Source: an uncultured Synergistaceae bacterium (GTDB taxonomy: Bacteria > Synergistota > Synergistia > Synergistales > Aminobacteriaceae). Taken from it: DNA of 64,000 nucleotides. A program made the translations under genes and the position numbers. The stretch lies in NCBI GenBank assembly GCA_964451935.1, contig CAYVKE010000006.1, positions 317 to 64,316 of the forward strand. The letters are read 5' to 3'. Positions 1-8,326 of this stretch are shown piece by piece; position 1 is the first letter of the stretch; each line of letters starts with the position of its first letter. The notes below the pieces were generated by a model. That model saw nothing but the letters and a program-made list of their open reading frames with translations, did no database searches and had not been told where the DNA came from.

Positions 1-359
1 AATTCCTGATCCCCGTCGTCTATTCCCCGCGTTATTTCGGTGATGTGCGTATGCTGCGCGTCGATCTGTTCGAGGACGTAGTTGACGGCGACTTCGGGAA
101 GACTGTTTTCTCCGCAGGTGTAAATGTCGAGCGCCAAATAGTTTGCCTCAGGCCACGAGTGAACCGAAAGATGCGATTCGCTGATGACGACCACTCCGCT
201 GACTCCGTCCGGCGGAAATTTGTGGAACGAGACGGACCAAACCTGTGTGTTGGCACGTTTTGCCGCTTCTACAAGGATTTCCTGAAGTTTGTCGATCTGG
301 CTGATCGCCGAGTTGCATCCTGACGCTTCAACAATGAAATGGAATCCCTTCGGAGACAT
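1..359 (-). CDS. speH: S-adenosylmethionine decarboxylase proenzyme (pyruvoyl type, SpeH/SpeD); 3' end runs off the window
   Basis: Not in the ORF track because there is no stop in the window. My reverse-strand translation from ATG 359-357 gives MSPKGFHFIVEASGCNS...FHKFPPDGVSGVVVISESHLSVHSWPEANYLALDIYTCGE. It carries the ISESHLxxHSxPE self-cleavage motif of small bacterial AdoMetDC. SD GAGGGGGA lies upstream. Confidence 0.85.
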   Translation of the reverse strand, partial: MSPKGFHFIVEASGCNSAISQIDKLQEILVEAAKRANTQVWSVSFHKFPPDGVSGVVVISESHLSVHSWPEANYLALDIYTCGENSLPEVAVNYVLEQIDAQHTHITEITRGIDDGDQE

Positions 360-513
360 GCGAATCCCCCTCTTCTTCAAAATCCGGATAGATACACGGA
401 AGTATTATAATTTTATAGCTCTCGATTGTTGGACCGGAATAGACGGCAATCTCTTCGAACATTGGGGGAGGACGTGCGTCACGTCGAATACGGAGCCGAA
501 AGAAGAGAGAACG

Positions 514-545
514 AAAAAAAACAGCCATTCATTACAGAATGGCTG
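514..545 (-). terminator. intrinsic terminator after tRNA-Ala
   Basis: On the reverse strand a CAGCCATTC-tgtaat-GAATGGCTG hairpin is followed by T8. It lies 11 nt downstream of the tRNA 3' end. Confidence 0.75.
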
Positions 546-556
546 TCCGTATACTC

Positions 557-632
<76 letters not shown>

Positions 633-649
633 AGAACGAAAACGAAGGT

Positions 650-678
650 ATTATAATGACCACGGGCAGTGCTGTCAA
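650..678 (-). promoter_or_regulatory. consensus sigma70-type promoter for tRNA-Ala
   Basis: The reverse strand reads TTGACA (678-673), a 17-nt spacer, then TATAAT (655-650). The -10 box ends 18 nt upstream of the mature tRNA 5' end. Confidence 0.7.
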
Positions 679-729
679 CCAGTGCCTCCCGGCGGATGAG
701 AGAAATCCTTGCAGATTCTCCGTTTTCTC

Positions 730-757
730 TTGACGGGCGGTATTCCCGTGTTATTGT
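730..757 (+). promoter_or_regulatory. candidate promoter of the aldolase gene
   Basis: TTGACG (730-735), a 16-nt spacer, then TGtTATTGT (extended -10, 749-757). It lies inside the ORF-track 669 start extension, which argues for the ATG 810 start. Confidence 0.4.
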
Positions 758-809
758 TCAACTGGTGGAAGAAAGCGCCTCATTATCGGAGAAAGGATGT
801 GCTGAATCT

Positions 810-2069
810 ATGGATACGAGCGGAACTGCATATCGGGAAATGCTCACGAAACGCCCTTTAAATGTCAGGGCTCTCTGGGGAACGGAGGATCTCGGGCTTG
901 TCAGCGGAAGAGATGTCGTCGTTGCTGCACGCGAGAGTGAGGCCATCATTCTTGCCGCCAACGCGAGGAGTCCTCTGACCGTCAAGGGCGTCTTCAAGGC
1001 TGCGAAGGCGTGCAACGCGGCCGTGTACATCGAGATCGCCAAATCCGAGGACAGTTACTGTTACGGATCTTTCGCCTCCCTCCCGGATTACGCGGCGCGT
1101 TACTCCGCGGAACTCGGACACGGGATTATTTTCGGACTTCATGTCGATCATTACGGAATCAAATCCATGGAAGACGTCCAGAAGTCCGTCGTTCATATTC
1201 CCGACATCGTTCGAAGAGGATGGACATCTTTTGCGGTTGACGCTTCGCATCTTCAGGACTGGGAGAATCTGTGCGCGACGCGGGATGTCTGCATGAGCAT
1301 ACCGGCGTATCTCGGACTCGAGGTCGAGGTTGGAGAGATCAAGGGGCCCGGGGAACTGTCAACCGTCAAAGAAGCGCTCTTCTTCGTCGGAGGCTTGAAT
1401 TCCTGGGGAATCAGCCCCGATCTTCTCGCCATCTCCAACGGCAGTCTCCACGGGACGTACGATACGACCACCGGACAACATGAAGGGATCGATCTTGACC
1501 GGACGCTCGAAATCGCCAATGCGATTCGCCCCTATGGAGTCGCCATTGCACAGCACGGAATTTCCGGCACGCCTCTATCCAAAGTGGCGCGGTTCCGGAA
1601 GTTCGGCATCGCCAAAGGGAACGTCGCCACGCTTTTCCAGAATATCGTTTTTGGACTGAAGATGGATCCGGAAAACGGGAACGCGGTCGTGGAAAACGGG
1701 TCGTACGTGAAGGAACCGGATCGCGGCATCTCCACGGAGCTTTGGAACAAGATCGTCGAATGGGCCGACGGCAAGAAATACAGCCGGAAGAGCGGAGATT
1801 ACAAGAAGGCCAATCTGCCGTTCGGCGAAGCCATCATGAATGAACCGCAGCCGTGCATCGATCGGATCGTCGCTGAGACTGAAGAGTGGGCGACCAGATT
1901 CCTCAAGGCGTTCAATGCGGAGGGGACGGCGGAAAAGGTCCTCGAAACGATCGCCCGGCGTCCCTTCGACAACGCTGCGCCGGAACGCCCCGTCCTGCAT
2001 AAACGAAACGAATTCACGTGCGAGGTTGCGCAACAGGAACGCGGGAGCGACGCCGATTATTCGGACTAG
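810..2069 (+). CDS. fba: class II (metal-dependent) fructose/ketose-bisphosphate aldolase family protein, long form
   Basis: Class II aldolase motifs are present: GLHVDHYG, FAVDASH, LEVEVGEIKG, NGSLHGTYD, IAQHGISGTP. I chose ATG 810 because of SD GGAGAAAGGA. The track start, GTG 669, would overlap the tRNA-Ala promoter. Confidence 0.75.
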   Translation: MDTSGTAYREMLTKRPLNVRALWGTEDLGLVSGRDVVVAARESEAIILAANARSPLTVKGVFKAAKACNAAVYIEIAKSEDSYCYGSFASLPDYAARYSAELGHGIIFGLHVDHYGIKSMEDVQKSVVHIPDIVRRGWTSFAVDASHLQDWENLCATRDVCMSIPAYLGLEVEVGEIKGPGELSTVKEALFFVGGLNSWGISPDLLAISNGSLHGTYDTTTGQHEGIDLDRTLEIANAIRPYGVAIAQHGISGTPLSKVARFRKFGIAKGNVATLFQNIVFGLKMDPENGNAVVENGSYVKEPDRGISTELWNKIVEWADGKKYSRKSGDYKKANLPFGEAIMNEPQPCIDRIVAETEEWATRFLKAFNAEGTAEKVLETIARRPFDNAAPERPVLHKRNEFTCEVAQQERGSDADYSD

Positions 2070-2211
2070 ACAATCGCTTCGTCTGACGTCCGGTACTGCG
2101 CGGAACGATCCGGTTCCCTCCCAATCCACGTAGCGGCTTTTCCGGGGAGCGGCCTTCTTCCGGCTTCGCGTCGAGATGAAGGCCGTTTTCTCTTTCAGGA
2201 GGTTGAATGCG

Positions 2212-3258
2212 ATGTTGACAGGAATTCTTCAGAAATACGGCGAGTTCTTCCCGATTTCATCAGGAACTCCCAGACTTTCTCTTTGTGAAGGGTCCACCCC
2301 TCTTGTCCGTTTGCGACGTTTGGGCGAGGAAACCGGAGCCGAAATCTATGCGAAGGTCGAGGGGGCCAACCCGACGGGATCGTTCAAGGATCGTGGGATG
2401 GTTCTTGCGGTCGCCAAAGCGCTGGAAGAAGGAACGAAGGGAATTGTCTGCGCATCTACGGGGAATACGTCCGCCTCTGCGGCGGCCTATGCCGCAGCCG
2501 CCGGCATCCGTTGCGCCGTTTTGCTTCCGCAGGGGAAGGTCGCGTTGGGGAAATTGTCGCAGGCGCTGGCTTTTGGCGCGAAGGCCGTCTGCATCGAAGG
2601 CAACTTCGATGCGGCGCTCCGCTTCGCCCGGCAGGCGGCGGCCGAACTTGGCGTCACCCTGGTCAATTCCGTCAATCCGTATCGTCTTTGGGGGCAGCGA
2701 TCCGCCGCGTGGGAGATCTGCGACGATCTTTCCGACGCCCCCGACTGGCTCATTATCCCTGTGGGAAATGCCGGAAATATCAGCGCCTATTGCGCCGGTT
2801 TCGAGTTTTACAAAGAGACGGGGCGCGCGACGCGCCTTCCGCGTCTGATCGGCGTGCAGGCAGAGGGGGCCGCCCCGATGGTCCGAGGCGCACCGGAGCC
2901 TTTTCCGGAGACGCTGGCGACGGCCATAAGGATCGGAAATCCGGTCAGCGCCGATAAGGCCCGACGCGCCGTCGAGCTGACGAACGGTCAGTTCCTTGCG
3001 GTGACGGATCAGGAGATCCTCGATGCACAGAGAAAGCTCGCATGCCTTGAGGGAATATTCGCCGAGCCCGCTTCCTGCGCCACGGTAGCGGCGTTTCTGA
3101 AGCTCTCGGGCCTTGGAAAAATGCAGAGGGGAAGCCGGGGCGTTCTCGTTTTGACGGGGAACGGCCTCAAGGATCCGCAGGCTCCGATGCATTACCTGCC
3201 GGAACCTGTCTGCGCGCCCGGAAGCTGGGACTCCATTCGGGAGGTTCTGTCCCGATGA
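2212..3258 (+). CDS. thrC: threonine synthase
   Basis: PLP-enzyme motifs EGANPTGSFKDRGM and ASTGNTSASAAAYAA. AGGAGG lies 10 nt before ATG 2212. The track start 2176 is in frame upstream. Confidence 0.9.
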   Translation: MLTGILQKYGEFFPISSGTPRLSLCEGSTPLVRLRRLGEETGAEIYAKVEGANPTGSFKDRGMVLAVAKALEEGTKGIVCASTGNTSASAAAYAAAAGIRCAVLLPQGKVALGKLSQALAFGAKAVCIEGNFDAALRFARQAAAELGVTLVNSVNPYRLWGQRSAAWEICDDLSDAPDWLIIPVGNAGNISAYCAGFEFYKETGRATRLPRLIGVQAEGAAPMVRGAPEPFPETLATAIRIGNPVSADKARRAVELTNGQFLAVTDQEILDAQRKLACLEGIFAEPASCATVAAFLKLSGLGKMQRGSRGVLVLTGNGLKDPQAPMHYLPEPVCAPGSWDSIREVLSR

Positions 3259-4712
3259 GTCTGCTTCGGATCAGGGTCCCCGCTTCGAGTGCGAATCTCG
3301 GCTCCGGTTTCGATACGGTTGGGCTTTCACTGACGCTATATAACGTATTCGATGTCGACGAACTCCTCCCGTCGGGACGCTACGAGGTTGAAATAATCGG
3401 GGAGGGGAGCGGGGATCTCGGACGCTCCAAAAGAAATCTTTTTCTTGATTGCTATGAATCCGCGTGCCGGGAGTGGGGATTTACGCCCCCCGGTCTCAGG
3501 TTGCGGTGTCTGAACGTCATCCCGCTGTGCCGCGGCTTGGGAAGCTCTTCCAGCGCCGTCGTCGGCGGCGTCGCTCTCGCCAATGCGCTGCGCGACAGGC
3601 CCCTTCCGCTCGATGAACTGCTCGCGCTCATGGTTCGCATGGAAGGACATCCCGACAACGTGGTTCCCTCGTGCATCGGCGGGATGGTCGTCAGCTGTTG
3701 GGACGGAAAAGATCTGCGGTACGTCCGGATGCCGCGGCTTCCGGCTTCGATGATTGCTGTCGTCGCCGTGCCCGCCGTTGAGGTGAGCACGGCCGATGCG
3801 CGCAAGGCTCTTCCCGAACAGGTTTCGCTCAAGGACGCCGTCTACAATCTGAGTCGTTCCGCCCTTCTCGCCGCTTCCTGGGCCACAGGAAACTGGAAGC
3901 ATCTTCCCTGGGCAATGGAGGACAGACTTCACCAGCCGTTTCGCGCGAAACTCTTTCCGGGCGGAGAGGAGATCCTTCAGGAGGTCCGGAACGTTCCGGG
4001 CTGCACCGGCGTCGCCATCAGCGGTTCCGCGCCGAGCGTCATCGCGTTCAGCTCCCACATGCCGGAAGATGTGGCGAGACACATGTGCGCCGTCTTCACG
4101 CGAAACGGAGTCCGCTCGCGTTTCTTCATGCTTTCCGAAGACAGGCACGGGGTGACGGTTCAGAAAAATATCTCGGGGGCTGGATTCTACCATCCCCTCA
4201 GGACTGGAGGAATGCGCCGGATGGTCTTTCCTGCTGGATCGCGCGTGACATCGGTTCATAATGACAGAGGCGTCGTGAAAATCGCGGTGCTGGGCGTCCC
4301 GGACGTCCCCGGCGTCGCGTCGCGACTGTTCACGGAGCTTGCGGATTCCGGCGTGGCGACGGACATGATCGTACAGAGCGTCATGCGGGGACAGGTGAAT
4401 GACATCGCATTCCTGGTCCGCTCAAAAGACCTCAGCGCAGCCATCGATATCACGCGCCGGTTTGCGGGCGAAATCGAGGCGCAGGGAGTGACGTACGACA
4501 CGGAGATTGCGAAGGTCACCGTCTCGGGAGAACAATTCGGCGAAGGGACGGCCATCGCGTCGCGAATGTTTTCCGTTCTCGCCGACAAGGGGATCAACAT
4601 CGATATGATCGGAGCCTCGTCCCGCGACGTGACGTGCGTCGTCGCCTCCGGCGACGCGGAGGGAGCAGTCTGCTCTCTTTCGGATTTTTTCATTGGTCCG
4701 AACGAGGAGTGA
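3255..4712 (+). CDS. thrB: homoserine kinase fused to a C-terminal tandem ACT (aspartokinase regulatory-type) module
   Basis: The N-terminal ~300 aa are a GHMP kinase (RVPASSANLGSGFD, PLCRGLGSSSSAVVGG). The C-terminal ~150 aa resemble the LysC ACT1/ACT2 domains (VLGVPDVPGVASRLFTELADSGVATDMIVQS and GTAIASRMFSVLADKGINIDMI). The start overlaps the thrC stop as ATGA. Confidence 0.85.
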   Translation: MSLLRIRVPASSANLGSGFDTVGLSLTLYNVFDVDELLPSGRYEVEIIGEGSGDLGRSKRNLFLDCYESACREWGFTPPGLRLRCLNVIPLCRGLGSSSSAVVGGVALANALRDRPLPLDELLALMVRMEGHPDNVVPSCIGGMVVSCWDGKDLRYVRMPRLPASMIAVVAVPAVEVSTADARKALPEQVSLKDAVYNLSRSALLAASWATGNWKHLPWAMEDRLHQPFRAKLFPGGEEILQEVRNVPGCTGVAISGSAPSVIAFSSHMPEDVARHMCAVFTRNGVRSRFFMLSEDRHGVTVQKNISGAGFYHPLRTGGMRRMVFPAGSRVTSVHNDRGVVKIAVLGVPDVPGVASRLFTELADSGVATDMIVQSVMRGQVNDIAFLVRSKDLSAAIDITRRFAGEIEAQGVTYDTEIAKVTVSGEQFGEGTAIASRMFSVLADKGINIDMIGASSRDVTCVVASGDAEGAVCSLSDFFIGPNEE

Positions 4713-4724
4713 GTGATTTTCCCT

Positions 4725-4752
4725 TTGAGACAACGTCCGGTTTCGGTACAAT
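4725..4752 (+). promoter_or_regulatory. candidate promoter of lptA-lptB
   Basis: TTGAGA, a 16-nt spacer, then TACAAT in the thrB-lptA spacer. Confidence 0.45.
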
Positions 4753-4782
4753 AGCGTCGCTTTGAAGAACTTCGCCGCGGGG

Positions 4783-5532
4783 ATGGTGAAAAGAATGCGG
4801 CTTCGTATGTTCGTAATCGCTCTTGCGCTTCTGTTTGTCGCATCTCTTGCGTTGGGAGCCGAGGTGAACCTGACTGCGGATTCCATGCGTTACGACTCCA
4901 AAAAGGGCCTTTTCTACGGTGAGGGACACGTCAAACTCTCACGGGAGGGGCTCTCCCTCGTCGCGCAGCTTGTAGAAGGGGATATGGACGGAAAAAGGGT
5001 CCGTTTCATTGGCGACGTCCGGGCCGAAGGCAAATGGAACGAGGACGCCGTGGAGCTGTCCTGTGGGGAAGTCGCGACTGGGTTCGGCGACGTGCGCAGC
5101 TACCATTTCGCGGGCGGGGTCCGGGGCAGATTCGGGAAGAGGATGATCGACGCCGACTCCGTCGTCCTCTCTGGAGATGCGTTTTCCATCGAGAAGGTCC
5201 GTTCGTTCGTCGATGACGAACTGCGCGTGTTCCTTTCTGCGGCTGCAATTGACGGCCATATTTCAAAAGGCGAAGTTTCGGATGTCACTGCTCGCGGCGG
5301 CGTTGTTCTCAAGTCCGGTCCGAAGAAAGACCTTCCCACAACGATACGGGGAAGCCGCGCCGTCTACTCGAAAGCCCGGGGAAGCATCGTGGTTTCGGGC
5401 GCCGTGACGGCGGTTCAGGGGGATCGGACGCTCCGGGCGGAATCCCTCGTGTACTTTCTCGCGTCCGGAAGGATCGAAGCCGCCGGGAAACCCCAGATTG
5501 TCTTTCCGTTGAAAGGATCCTCCGCACCTTGA
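4783..5532 (+). CDS. lptA: LptA/OstA-family periplasmic LPS-transport protein
   Basis: An N-terminal signal/anchor (MFVIALALLFVASLALGA) is followed by OstA-like repeats (LTADSMRYDSKKGLFYGEGHVKL and RAESLVYFLASGRIEA). The gene sits directly upstream of lptB. The start is ATG 4783, or TTG 4762 as in the track. Confidence 0.7.
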   Translation: MVKRMRLRMFVIALALLFVASLALGAEVNLTADSMRYDSKKGLFYGEGHVKLSREGLSLVAQLVEGDMDGKRVRFIGDVRAEGKWNEDAVELSCGEVATGFGDVRSYHFAGGVRGRFGKRMIDADSVVLSGDAFSIEKVRSFVDDELRVFLSAAAIDGHISKGEVSDVTARGGVVLKSGPKKDLPTTIRGSRAVYSKARGSIVVSGAVTAVQGDRTLRAESLVYFLASGRIEAAGKPQIVFPLKGSSAP

Positions 5533-6257
5533 CCGACCGCATCCTGTCCGGGAAAAAACTCTGCAAGGCGTACAAGGGCCGCACCGTTGTCTCCATGGTC
5601 GACATCGACGTCCATATGGGAGAGATTGTCGGCCTTCTCGGCCCGAATGGAGCCGGAAAAACGACGACGTTCTATATGATCGTCGGTCTCGTGTCACCCG
5701 ATTCCGGGAGCGTCTGCATCAAGGACCGGGATGTCACCGGTCTTCCCGTCTACAAGCGGGCGAAGCTGGGAGTCGGATACCTGCCGCAGGAATCTTCGGT
5801 TTTCCGGAGCCTGAGCGTCCGGGAAAACCTGGAACTCGTCCTTGAGGAACTTGGGACCGATGCTTCAGAGCGAACGGGTGTCGTCGAGCATCTTCTCGAA
5901 GAATTCGGGCTGACCCGTCTGGCGTCGACAAGCGGATACGCCCTGAGCGGCGGCGAACGCCGTCGCGTGGAGATCGCCCGTTGTCTGGCCATCATGCCGC
6001 ACTTTCTGTTGCTCGACGAACCATTCAGCGGAATCGATCCGATAGCGGTCTACGATATCCAGCAGATTATCCTGAATCTTAGGGCGAAGGGTTTCGGGAT
6101 TCTTCTGACGGACCACAATGTTCGCGATACGCTGGCGATTACCGACAGGACCTATCTGATCCATCAGGGGCAGATCGTGATCGAAGGATCCCCCGACGAT
6201 GTCGCGCAGAGTGAAGTCGCCCGGAAGTTCTACCTTGGCGACAGGTTTTCCTGGTAG
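5529..6257 (+). CDS. lptB: LPS export ABC transporter ATP-binding protein
   Basis: Walker A GPNGAGKTTTF, ABC signature LSGGERRRVEIAR and Walker B LLLDEPF. It has the typical LptB length and N-terminus. The TTG start overlaps the lptA stop. Confidence 0.9.
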   Translation: MTDRILSGKKLCKAYKGRTVVSMVDIDVHMGEIVGLLGPNGAGKTTTFYMIVGLVSPDSGSVCIKDRDVTGLPVYKRAKLGVGYLPQESSVFRSLSVRENLELVLEELGTDASERTGVVEHLLEEFGLTRLASTSGYALSGGERRRVEIARCLAIMPHFLLLDEPFSGIDPIAVYDIQQIILNLRAKGFGILLTDHNVRDTLAITDRTYLIHQGQIVIEGSPDDVAQSEVARKFYLGDRFSW

Positions 6258-6694
6258 GCGGGAATATGCCCGGTTTCTTCGGCTTCGATGAGGGTGCAGA
6301 CTCTATCGATCGCTTCGGCGACGGAAGGGGATACTTCCGAAAACGGAGAGGCGTCGGCAGGTTGAATGCCGAGAATGCGGACGGAGATGTTCTTCGGAAG
6401 CAGATCGAGAAGAAGCGGAACCGGGATCCCGTGAGACGAAAAAGCGATTCCCGCGCAATCCTTGGGATCGACGCGCCGGATCGAACCTGCAGGAAGCCCC
6501 ATGTCCAGCGCATCCACGATGAGAAGCATCTCGGGCGTTTTCTTTTGTGCAAGGCCGATATAATTCTCAGGCGTGGTTTCGCAGTTTACGGAGAGCACTC
6601 CGGGAATCGACAGCGCGGCGATTCGTTCCGCGACGGTCGGTCCGGCCGCGTCGTCTCCATGGAGCACGTTCCCGATACCCCAGATCATTATCAT
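6230..6694 (-). CDS. hycI: [NiFe]-hydrogenase maturation endopeptidase (HycI/HyaD family)
   Basis: MIMIWGIGNVLHGDDAAGPTVAE...LLIVDALDMGLPAGSIRRV...SSHGIPV...ILGIQPA closely matches the HycI pattern. I chose the start at 6694 (SD GGAAAGGG). The track start 6967 would overlap murJ. Confidence 0.8.
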   Translation of the reverse strand: MIMIWGIGNVLHGDDAAGPTVAERIAALSIPGVLSVNCETTPENYIGLAQKKTPEMLLIVDALDMGLPAGSIRRVDPKDCAGIAFSSHGIPVPLLLDLLPKNISVRILGIQPADASPFSEVSPSVAEAIDRVCTLIEAEETGHIPAYQENLSPR

Positions 6695-6733
6695 CGTGAC
6701 GTCACCCTTTCCTGTGAATAAGGAGGCTTTTCG

Positions 6734-8326
6734 ATGCGGTCCCATGTGTCTTCCGTCGTTCGGAACGCCTTCCTGATGATGGCCGGAACGCTGGCGAGCA
6801 GGTTTCTCGGGCTTGTCCGCGAGATCATCACCGCAGCGTTCTTCGGCGCGTCGCGACAAATCGACGCCTTCAATATCGCCTATACGCTCGCGAATCTTCT
6901 GCGGCAATTGCTCGCCGAGGGCGCTCTTTCCGCGGCGTTCGTTCCCATATTTTCGAGGAGTCTGCAAAACGACGGGCGAAAACGAGCGCTTTCGCTCGCG
7001 CGCCAGGCCATGGGCACCCTTCTTATTGCAGGAACCGCCATTGTTTGCATCGGCATCGCGTTTTCTCCCGCCCTCGTGGCCCTGATGGCTCCCGGATTCG
7101 ATCAGGAAAAGACCGCGCTTGCGATTACGCTGACCCGCCAGCTTTTCCCGTTTCTGCTGATCATATCACTTGCCGCGCTGGCGATGGGAGTCCTGAACAG
7201 CCTCGATTCCTACTTCATCCCCGCCGTCGCGCCCGGGGTGAGCAATATCGTGTACATTCTTCTTCTGCTGCTTTTGGCGCCGCGATGGGGGATCGGCTGT
7301 CTTGTCATCGCCGTGATCGCCGGAGGTTTTTCGCACATGCTCCTTCAATGGGTATGGAGCGCGCGGCTTGGGATGATGTTAACTCCGGAGATCCCCAGGC
7401 GCCGGGACAGCGACCTTCGCCGGATGCTGGCGCTCTTCTTTCCGTACGCCGCAGGATTATCTCTGAATCAGGTGAACCCTGTAGTGAGCCGCATGTTCGG
7501 CTCTTTCCTGCAGGACGGCGCTATTTCCGTTCTCAACTACGCCAACCGCGTGATCCAGCTCCCGCTGGGACTCTTCGTCATCGCCGTGTCGCAGGCCGTA
7601 TTGCCGGAGCTGTCGCGCTGCGTATCCCGTCCCGAGGAGTTCCGGGAGATTATGCGCGATTCCATCCGCTTCGCCCTGTTCATCGTATTTCCGGTGACGG
7701 CCGGGATGATACTGGTTTCCGACGAAATGATCCATCTCCTTTTCTACCGGGGGGCGTTTTCCGAGTGGGCGTGGCGCGCGACCGCATCGTCGCTCGCGCT
7801 GTATTCGCTGGGGCTTCCCGGAATGGCGTGCACGACGGTCGTCATGCGCGGACTCTATGCGAAGGGGCTTCCGCGGGAGGCGATGTGGGTCACTCTGGCA
7901 AGCGTTGCGGGAAATCTCCTGCTGAGTTTTTTTCTTGTCGGAAGCTTCTCGTTCGAAGGGCTTGCCTTTGCGACGTCAGCTGCATTTGTCCTGTCGGGGG
8001 CGACCGGCGTATTCCTTCTTTCACGCAGGATGGGATCATCCATCGGTGTCTTCCGGCCTGACTGGACGCTGAAAACGGTTGCGGCGCTGGTTTGCATGGG
8101 CGCCTGCATTCTTTTTCTGAAAAACGCATTCCCGTATCCCCTTGACGGAACCGGTCTTCTCAGAGCCTCCTGGGTGCTTGCAGTCATGGTTTTGGGGGCG
8201 TCGGTTTACGCCGCGCTCACCCTCTTCTTCAGGTTTCAGGAGTGGCAATGGATCCTGCGCGCTCTCGAACGAAGAAGGAAGAACACGGACACGAGTGATG
8301 TGGAAAGGAGTCGTGAAGAACGATGA
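6734..8326 (+). CDS. murJ: lipid II flippase MurJ (MviN)
   Basis: The N-terminus AGTLASRFLGLVREIITAAFFGASRQIDAFNIAYTLANLLRQLLAEGALSAAFVPIF is typical of MurJ. The protein is polytopic and 530 aa long. SD AAGGAGG is present. Confidence 0.9.
   Translation: MRSHVSSVVRNAFLMMAGTLASRFLGLVREIITAAFFGASRQIDAFNIAYTLANLLRQLLAEGALSAAFVPIFSRSLQNDGRKRALSLARQAMGTLLIAGTAIVCIGIAFSPALVALMAPGFDQEKTALAITLTRQLFPFLLIISLAALAMGVLNSLDSYFIPAVAPGVSNIVYILLLLLLAPRWGIGCLVIAVIAGGFSHMLLQWVWSARLGMMLTPEIPRRRDSDLRRMLALFFPYAAGLSLNQVNPVVSRMFGSFLQDGAISVLNYANRVIQLPLGLFVIAVSQAVLPELSRCVSRPEEFREIMRDSIRFALFIVFPVTAGMILVSDEMIHLLFYRGAFSEWAWRATASSLALYSLGLPGMACTTVVMRGLYAKGLPREAMWVTLASVAGNLLLSFFLVGSFSFEGLAFATSAAFVLSGATGVFLLSRRMGSSIGVFRPDWTLKTVAALVCMGACILFLKNAFPYPLDGTGLLRASWVLAVMVLGASVYAALTLFFRFQEWQWILRALERRRKNTDTSDVERSREER

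Noticed and set aside
243-262. A sigma-54-like TGGCAC...GC motif (ttggcacgttttgcc) inside speH.
   Set aside because: The GG to GC spacing is 8 nt rather than the required 10. The motif is inside a coding region, on the strand opposite the gene, with no downstream target.
669-809. Over-extended N-termini in the ORF track: 669 for the aldolase, 2176 thrC, 6967 hycI, 10035 groES, 14913 hppA, 19144 eno, 20861 rex, 24535 lapA-like, 24923 recJ, 29849 radC, 33050 mrdA, 39469 DUF2344, 40211 rng, 48866 tatD, 49617 tgt, 52109 rpoB and 61129 rpsL.
   Set aside because: The extensions overlap upstream genes, promoters or terminators, lack an SD, and add Arg-rich non-homologous residues. An internal start with a good SD reproduces the canonical N-terminus in each case.
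2151-2196. A possible attenuator upstream of thrC: GAAGGCC (2178-2184) can pair with GGCCTTC (2151-2157) or with CGGCTTC (2161-2167), followed by TTTTCTCTTT.
   Set aside because: The stems are only 7 bp, one has a bulge, and the T-tract is interrupted. There is no leader peptide rich in Thr/Ile codons. This is too weak to call.
7045-8061. Same-strand alternative-frame ORFs inside genes, e.g. the 338-aa ORF at 7045-8061 within murJ, and 2285-2848 and 2511-2957 within thrC.
   Set aside because: They are Arg/Pro/Gly-rich frame-shifted read-throughs typical of GC-rich DNA. They have no SD or family motifs, and the overlapping frame encodes a clearly conserved protein.
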